Below, in pieces: positions 57,984 through 64,000 of a DNA stretch of 64,000 bases; the first letter of the stretch is position 1, and each line of letters opens with the position of its first letter. The stretch covers positions 1 to 64,000 of IMG/VR virus record IMGVR_UViG_3300033076_001485, one strand, 5' to 3'. The notes under the pieces were generated by a model. That model was not told the DNA's origin. It saw nothing but the letters and a program-made list of their open reading frames with translations, and searched no databases. This DNA is from a virus. Lineage: Duplodnaviria > Caudoviricetes. The translations under genes were made by a program, and so were the position numbers.

Positions 57984-58949
57984 ATGTCAACTGTCACATC
58001 AACCGACAAGATTCGGTTCTTACGCGGAATTTTTCGTGACATCCAGGTATCACGTGACGGAAATGACGCTGCGGTACCATGCCCAAATTGCAAGACACAA
58101 GATAAAAAGAAACTGTCAGTCAATATTGACACGTGGAAATATCATTGTTGGGTTTGCGGAATAAAAGGTAATAATCTTAGATCCGTATTTAAGCAATATT
58201 ACTCACCCGAAGTTCTTGCATCGTTTAGAGCTCAATTCGGCGGTAATGATGACGACGCATTAGAGGTAGAAAAACCTGTTGAAGTTGTTACTCTACCCAG
58301 CGGAATTTGTCCAGTACCGCTCGTCAAGACTTCAAGAGATCCAAACCAGCGGGCTTGTTACACTTACCTCACAAAAAGAGGTATTACTGAGCGTGACATG
58401 TGGTACTGGAAGATGTGCACTAGTAAAGAGGGAAGATTTGATCGTCGCGTAATCATACCATCGTTTGACTCAACAGGTGATCTCAATTACTATGTGTCGA
58501 GATCAATTGATGATGATACACGTCCTCGTTACGTTAATTCAAAAGCCAATAAGACAGAAATCATTTTCAATGACTTGATGGTTGACTGGACACAACCCGT
58601 TGTTCTTGTTGAAGGTGTGTTTGATGCAGTCAGAATAGGGCAAAATGCAATTCCTATTCTTGGGTCCTATCTTCCACAATCAGCAGCACTATTTAGTAAA
58701 ATAGTTGCTCATGAGCTGCAAGTGACTCTTGCACTTGATCCTGACGCAATTGACAAGTCGCACAAGATTGCGCAAGATTTTTTCTCATTTGGCATTGATG
58801 TTAGACAAGCAGATATTAGCGGATACAAAGATATTGGTGAAATGCCGCGAGAAGTTGCACGTCAAAGAATTGCAGAAGCAAAACCTTGGTTAAAAAAGAC
58901 AGGAATGCTTCACAAGATAAGCAAAATCTCTAGCGGATCGATCTTGTAG
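57984..58949 (+). CDS. DNA primase (Zn finger plus TOPRIM)
   Basis: CPNC...HCWVC, YLTKRGI, RVIIP, VEGVFD, LDPD, KDIGE. Confidence 0.88.
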   Translation: MSTVTSTDKIRFLRGIFRDIQVSRDGNDAAVPCPNCKTQDKKKLSVNIDTWKYHCWVCGIKGNNLRSVFKQYYSPEVLASFRAQFGGNDDDALEVEKPVEVVTLPSGICPVPLVKTSRDPNQRACYTYLTKRGITERDMWYWKMCTSKEGRFDRRVIIPSFDSTGDLNYYVSRSIDDDTRPRYVNSKANKTEIIFNDLMVDWTQPVVLVEGVFDAVRIGQNAIPILGSYLPQSAALFSKIVAHELQVTLALDPDAIDKSHKIAQDFFSFGIDVRQADISGYKDIGEMPREVARQRIAEAKPWLKKTGMLHKISKISSGSIL

Positions 58950-58952
58950 CTG

Positions 58953-58959
58953 ATATTTA
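58953..58959 (+). promoter_or_regulatory. Candidate late promoter ATATTTA
   Basis: Intergenic, 5 nt before ATG 58965, with no RBS. Confidence 0.5.
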
Positions 58960-58964
58960 ATTAC

Positions 58965-59327
58965 ATGTCTAATAGAAATAATCTTCGCAGAATGATTTTA
59001 AGAGAGATGATGGATGTCATTAATGACGATGCTCTCTTTACACAGAGAAGCCATGTTGATGACACACCTGTCGGATCTGCCTCGGACGACGAAAGTGTTG
59101 ACGAGTCAGATGTCTGTGGTTGCGGTTGCGGAGGCGCGCCAGGTGGCTGCGGTAAGGGAAAGTCTGGAACCGTAACAGCAACTGTCTTGTTCAAACGCGG
59201 TCTATATGAAATCATCGAAGATGCAATCAGCGTTTATGATCAATATGACGACGCAGATGAAATTAGCGACGAAATGGTCGCCGAGATCGAGCACTTTAAT
59301 AAAGCACTCAAGGCGTTTCGACAATAA
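58965..59327 (+). CDS. Acidic hypothetical protein with CGCGC...C motif
   Basis: LRRMILRE N-terminus, D/E-rich body, CGCGCGGAPGGC. Confidence 0.6.
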   Translation: MSNRNNLRRMILREMMDVINDDALFTQRSHVDDTPVGSASDDESVDESDVCGCGCGGAPGGCGKGKSGTVTATVLFKRGLYEIIEDAISVYDQYDDADEISDEMVAEIEHFNKALKAFRQ

Positions 59328-59363
59328 TATAAAAAGCACATTACCTGTCTAAGATAAGAACAT

Positions 59364-62300
59364 ATGAAAGCGTTCCATATCTCAGACATTCACTTTAGGG
59401 GCCTAACTCGTCACGACGAGTATAGGAAGTGCTTCAATAGACTGTTTGATATTGCACGAAAGGAAAAGCCTGACGTCTTTTTCATTGGTGGAGATATCGT
59501 TCACTCGAAAACACAGGGAATTACTCCTGAGTTGATCGATATTTTAACGTGGTGCTTTGAGACCATGTCAGAAATTGCTCCTGTTCATATGATCCTGGGC
59601 AATCATGACGGTTTGATGCACAACAAGAGTCGCCAAGACGCTATCTCACCAATCATTAATGCGATCGGTAATGATCGTATTAAGCTCTACAAGAAGTCAG
59701 GAGTTTATCCTGTAGGCATTCCAGGAATTAACTGGTGTGTCTTTTCGTGCTTTGATGAAGATGGCTGGGATGAAGTCAAGCCTGTTCCTGGTGACATTAA
59801 TATTGCTTGCTTTCACGGATCAGTTCGTGGTTCATCAACTGATTCAGACTGGAAAGTTGACGGAGAAGTAACAGCAGATTTCTTCGATGGATTTGACTAC
59901 GTCTTCTTGGGTGATATTCACAAGCGTCAAAATGTAACAGGTGATGGCGTCATTGCGTATCCTGGATCATTTATCCAGCAGGATTACGGTGAAGATGTCA
60001 TCAAGGGATGTCTTCTTTGGGACATCAAGACCAAAACTTCATATGATAGCAAATTCATTCATATTGTCAATGATTCACCATTTGTAACAATTGGTTATCG
60101 TGGTAATGTTGATGAAACATTTACTATGATTGATGATATGCCGTCTGGTGCACGTGTTAGGATCGCGTCAGATGTACCAGTTCCACCGACTACACTGCAT
60201 TTGATCGAAACTCGTCTACAAACCACCAAGACGCCGAAAGAAATCGTCTACAAAATCACTGAGTTTAATGGTGGTAGAAATATTGCAGGAGACAATGCGT
60301 CCACAGCAACTGATCTTCGTCAACCAAAAGTTATAAAAGATCTCATTCGTGATTATTACGCAGACGCTGCTCTCCCAGCAGATAAGCTTACACGAATTGA
60401 TGAAATCGTAGACAGATATATGAAGTCGCTAGATATAAGCAGTGACGAAGATCGAAATTACAATTGGTCACTAGACAAGCTGACTTTCAAAAATACATTT
60501 GCATTCCGAAATGACAATGTCATCGATTTTTCCAAGTCGTCAGGAATTACAGGTATCTTTGGAAAAAATCGAGCAGGCAAGTCATCCATTATTGGCAGCC
60601 TTGTTTACTGCTTGTTTAACACATCAGATCGTGGGTCACTCAAGAATCTACACATTATCAATGATAAGGAGAATTCTTGCGAGGCAGAGGCCGATATTAC
60701 AGTAAAGGGCGACAAGTATAAGATTACTCGTCGTACCAAGAAGACGTCAAACAAGAAGGGTGACATCAATGTCAATACATCACTAAGCATTAGCAAGCTT
60801 GACACAGACTTGCAACTCAGTGATGTTTCAGATGAACAGCGACGTGAGACAGAAAAAGTTCTGCGACAGCTTATCGGCACAGCAGATGATTTTTTCATGA
60901 CATCTCTTGCTGCACAGGGCAATCTCAATAAGTTTTTTGATGAGAAGTCGACAGCACGTAAGCAGATTATTGGAAAGTTTCTTAATCTTGATATTTTTGA
61001 CGCGCTGTATGAACGATCACGTGAAGATCTTGTTCCGTTACGTTCTTCTTTCAAGGGGCGCAGAGATAAGCAGCAGATTGATGCCAAGATTGAAGATGCA
61101 ACCCGTTCGCTTCACGATGAGAAAAAAAGATTTGAAGAGTTGTCTACAGAATATGACAGCCTAACAAAGAAAATTACGGGTCTACGTGAAATCATTAGCG
61201 GAGATGCTTCTGGAGAAGCAGCACTTAAGCTTCGTGATCTCGAAAAAAAGGAAGTCGCAATTGAAAGCAAGCTAACTGAGGCTAGCACAGCTCATTCTTT
61301 GGCATGTGTATCACGTGATAAACACCAGGCCCGTCTTGATAAATTTAAGAAAGTTCGTGATGCATTCTCTATCGACGAGCTTCGACAGACACTTAATCAA
61401 CAGCGTGATCTTGAAACTCGACTTGAGTCTGCAAATCGAGAACTCCAACAGCACATCAAAGCATTTTCTAGACTTAATGAAGATGTAGGTATCCTATCAA
61501 CTGTTCCTTGCGGAGACGAGTATCCAACTTGCCCATTCATCAAAAAAGCATTTGAAAGCAAGTCAAAAGTTGCACAGGAAAAAGAAGAAATTGAGCAGCA
61601 AAAGTTGCTGATAAGCAATATGCTAGATACACTTGCAAACTATGTTTCTCAAGATGTAGCAGGGAAGATCAGCAAATATGAGCAAATGCTCAATGAGGAG
61701 CGCAGCCTCCAGATCGAAGTTAGTAAGCTTGATTTGAAGATTGAGCACAACGAGAAAATAATCACAGAACAAAGTCATAATAAACAAGAAGTTGGAAGAG
61801 AAATTGATAGACTTCGTGCCGTTGTCAGTGATTCAACAGCACTTTGTGGTGTCTATGACACAATCAAAGAAGTCGAGGCTAAGATCGAGAAAGTTCGCAA
61901 AGATCAGCTCACAAATGCTAAGAATATTGGCTCATTTGAGTCGTCTATCGAATCTCTTGCAGCAGAAAAAGAGACACTTGAAAAAGATCTTGTTGATCTT
62001 GAGATTTATGAGCTTTTCAATGTTTCCATGTCAAAGAAGGGTCTACCATCTCGTCTAATTTCTAAACTTCTTCCACTTGTTAACGCAGAAATCCAGAATA
62101 TTCTTCTAGGCGTTTGTAATTTCACAGTTGAGCTGGAAGTTGATGATGAGTCTAATTCACTTGAAGTTTACATTAACTACGGTGATAAACGACGGATAAT
62201 TGAGCTAGGATCTGGCATGGAGAAGATGATCTCAGCAATTGCAACTCGCGTCGCGCTCATCAACATGTCTTCACTTCCAAAGTCAAATGTGCTTATTATT

Positions 62301-62483
62301 GATGAAGGCTTTGGCGCGCTTGATGACGCAAATCTTGAAGCATGCACTAGACTCTTGAAGTCTCTGAAGAAATACTTTGGTCAGATCATGATTATCTCAC
62401 ATGTTGATGCAATCAAAGATGCCGTTGACAATTTTGTTGAGATTAATTGGATCGATGGCGGTGCAAATGTTAGATACGAATAA
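59364..62483 (+). CDS. Fused SbcD-SbcC (Mre11-Rad50, T4 gp47-gp46) recombination nuclease
   Basis: Phosphoesterase motifs SDIH, GGDIVH, GNHD, FHG, LGDIH, YPGS; Walker A GKNRAGKS; coiled coil; signature SGME; Walker B and D-loop IIDEGFGALD; ISH switch. Confidence 0.92.
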   Translation: MKAFHISDIHFRGLTRHDEYRKCFNRLFDIARKEKPDVFFIGGDIVHSKTQGITPELIDILTWCFETMSEIAPVHMILGNHDGLMHNKSRQDAISPIINAIGNDRIKLYKKSGVYPVGIPGINWCVFSCFDEDGWDEVKPVPGDINIACFHGSVRGSSTDSDWKVDGEVTADFFDGFDYVFLGDIHKRQNVTGDGVIAYPGSFIQQDYGEDVIKGCLLWDIKTKTSYDSKFIHIVNDSPFVTIGYRGNVDETFTMIDDMPSGARVRIASDVPVPPTTLHLIETRLQTTKTPKEIVYKITEFNGGRNIAGDNASTATDLRQPKVIKDLIRDYYADAALPADKLTRIDEIVDRYMKSLDISSDEDRNYNWSLDKLTFKNTFAFRNDNVIDFSKSSGITGIFGKNRAGKSSIIGSLVYCLFNTSDRGSLKNLHIINDKENSCEAEADITVKGDKYKITRRTKKTSNKKGDINVNTSLSISKLDTDLQLSDVSDEQRRETEKVLRQLIGTADDFFMTSLAAQGNLNKFFDEKSTARKQIIGKFLNLDIFDALYERSREDLVPLRSSFKGRRDKQQIDAKIEDATRSLHDEKKRFEELSTEYDSLTKKITGLREIISGDASGEAALKLRDLEKKEVAIESKLTEASTAHSLACVSRDKHQARLDKFKKVRDAFSIDELRQTLNQQRDLETRLESANRELQQHIKAFSRLNEDVGILSTVPCGDEYPTCPFIKKAFESKSKVAQEKEEIEQQKLLISNMLDTLANYVSQDVAGKISKYEQMLNEERSLQIEVSKLDLKIEHNEKIITEQSHNKQEVGREIDRLRAVVSDSTALCGVYDTIKEVEAKIEKVRKDQLTNAKNIGSFESSIESLAAEKETLEKDLVDLEIYELFNVSMSKKGLPSRLISKLLPLVNAEIQNILLGVCNFTVELEVDDESNSLEVYINYGDKRRIIELGSGMEKMISAIATRVALINMSSLPKSNVLIIDEGFGALDDANLEACTRLLKSLKKYFGQIMIISHVDAIKDAVDNFVEINWIDGGANVRYE

Positions 62484-62712
62484 AGGTACACCCTTGTTTT
62501 GTCAAATCTGTGAAACAGTTATGACAGGAATACGCGATGCTGAATATCATCGTCTTCACGGCTGTTGTGAAGAGTGCGGTATTAATTGGGCAGAGCGTAG
62601 ACGCAAAGAGTGGAGCGCTGGCTGGCGTCCCAGTAGTGAAGAAGTGTCTGATTCTATAAAGGATCGAAGAAGACGTATATTTATTGAAATAGATAGACTA
62701 AGAGGATCATAG
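62467..62712 (+). CDS. Small Zn-finger protein
   Basis: CQIC...CCEEC; ATG 62467 preferred over 62401. Confidence 0.6.
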   Translation: MLDTNKGTPLFCQICETVMTGIRDAEYHRLHGCCEECGINWAERRRKEWSAGWRPSSEEVSDSIKDRRRRIFIEIDRLRGS

Positions 62713-62713
62713 T

Positions 62714-63097
62714 ATGCTTTCAATGCAACAAATCAATACACTGGGTCAGCTGATTGATACAACTTTTGGAAAAAGTTCAACTACAGCATCACCAACCATG
62801 TCAATCAAGATGTCTTTACAAGGCAATGCATTGATTGTCAAGTACACAACAATCGTTCATTATGCATCAGAACATTCTATGCGTGAGCAGAGCAAAGAGC
62901 ATGAACGTGCTGCAAATCAACTAACTAAGAAGTCTGTTGATGAAGTTGAAAAAGAATTCAAGAAAATTGAAGGCAAAAGCCTAAAGCTTACAAAGAAAGG
63001 TTCTGATAGCGGAATTGAGCTAATCAGCATGTCACCTTATAATCCACGTAAAGTTGCTTATTTTAGACTGAACACAACATTTGAAATCGATGTATGA
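62714..63097 (+). CDS. Hypothetical protein
   Basis: AGAGGA RBS; ATGA-coupled to the terminase gene. Confidence 0.6.
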   Translation: MLSMQQINTLGQLIDTTFGKSSTTASPTMSIKMSLQGNALIVKYTTIVHYASEHSMREQSKEHERAANQLTKKSVDEVEKEFKKIEGKSLKLTKKGSDSGIELISMSPYNPRKVAYFRLNTTFEIDV

Positions 63098-64000
63098 ACA
63101 CAAGCAACAAGTCAAGACAAGTATCTGAAATAATACGATGTGGCAAAGATCCCACGTATTTTTTCAACAATTATGTTAAGATACAGCATCCTACTAAGGG
63201 AACAATTCCATTTAAGACTTTTCCCTTCCAAGATAACTGTGTTCAAGATTTTATCGAAAATCGTTTCACAGTTATAGTCAAGAGTCGTCAGCTTGGTTTG
63301 TCGACTCTAGTTGCTGCATACTCAGTTTGGCTTGCTCTTTTCCAAAAAGATAAAAATATTCTGATTATTGCAACAAAATTGGGTGTTGCACAGAACTTTA
63401 TTAAAAAAGTCAAGACGATGGTGAGTAATCTCCCGTCGTGGATGGTCCTACCACAAATTACTCTAAACAATCGTCAAATGATTGAATTTAGTCATGGATC
63501 ATCTATTAAAGCCGTACCAACATCAGAAGATGCAGGACGTTCTGAATCTCTTTCGTTGCTTATCATCGACGAGGCAGCATTCGTTAGAAACTTTGATGAG
63601 CTCTGGACAGGTCTTTACCCGACAATTTCAACCGGTGGTCGCGCTATTGTTCTTTCAACGCCTAACGGTGTTGGTGGTCAATACTATAAGCTCTTCACAG
63701 AAGCAGAAGCTGGCTTAAATGAATTCAAGTCAATTCGTTTAAATTGGGATGTCCACCCAGAACGTGATCAATCGTGGTTTGAAAAAGAAACACGAAATTT
63801 GTCTGCTAAAGAAATTGCACAAGAATACTTGTGTGACTTCGCCGCATCAGGTGAGACATTTCTTAATGATGATGACATCAAGTGGATCAGTAAGATCATA
63901 CGCCCACCCGCTGACCGTGGTGGTCCTGATCGCAATGTGTGGATCTGGAAGCAACCGCTAACAGAGCACAAGTATATTATTTCAGCAGACGTAGCTCGCG
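63094..64000 (+). CDS. terL: Terminase large subunit, T4 gp17-like (3'-truncated; absent from ORF track)
   Basis: Manual translation from ATG 63094: CGKDPTYFFNNYVKIQHP, FPFQ, KSRQLGLST, LLIIDEAAF, LSTPNG, QEYLCDF and YIISADVAR at the window edge. Confidence 0.93.
   Translation, partial: MNTSNKSRQVSEIIRCGKDPTYFFNNYVKIQHPTKGTIPFKTFPFQDNCVQDFIENRFTVIVKSRQLGLSTLVAAYSVWLALFQKDKNILIIATKLGVAQNFIKKVKTMVSNLPSWMVLPQITLNNRQMIEFSHGSSIKAVPTSEDAGRSESLSLLIIDEAAFVRNFDELWTGLYPTISTGGRAIVLSTPNGVGGQYYKLFTEAEAGLNEFKSIRLNWDVHPERDQSWFEKETRNLSAKEIAQEYLCDFAASGETFLNDDDIKWISKIIRPPADRGGPDRNVWIWKQPLTEHKYIISADVAR

Noticed and set aside
63288-63971. Short ORFs listed at the right end of the window
   Set aside because: Out-of-frame or antisense to the terminase gene starting at 63094.
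1-64000. Stop-codon reassignment, as seen in some large phages
   Set aside because: Standard-code ORFs tile the window at full length, and TAA, TAG and TGA all end genes cleanly.

Overview
A gene-dense, almost entirely + strand segment of a large (jumbo-type) contractile-tailed phage genome read in the standard genetic code. Five modules, left to right. (1) 1-7065: host-physiology genes: SpoVR (5'-truncated), PrkA/YeaG AAA+ kinase, a GroEL-like protein lacking the canonical ATPase motif, an Hc1-type histone-like protein, a lone minus-strand sigma-region-4 protein and PIN-PhoH. (2) 7095-16843: Gly/Ser/Thr-rich fibre proteins, a discoidin+PA14 protein and, unexpectedly, an Flp/Tad-type pilin. 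(3) 16874-31327: a ~14.5 kb glycan cluster (about ten glycosyltransferase-like genes, two methyltransferases, UDP-sugar dehydrogenase, epimerase) interrupted by a Cas4/AddB-like nuclease. (4) 31614-57440: a gp55-like late sigma factor, then baseplate and other structural genes (gp5-, gp25-, gp6-like, LamG and FN3 proteins). (5) 57403-64000: RuvC, primase, a fused SbcD-SbcC (gp47-gp46) and a terminase large subunit that runs off the end and is missing from the ORF track. A candidate late promoter, ATANTTA, recurs in intergenic gaps before structural genes. Best candidates for undescribed biology: virion glycosylation directed at the [S/T]-G-S motifs that saturate the structural proteins, a phage-borne pilin coupled to the receptor-binding cassette, and a phage SpoVR-PrkA module next to a degenerate chaperonin. 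No tRNA, rRNA, CRISPR array or mobile element was seen. All family calls come from motif recognition, not database searches.
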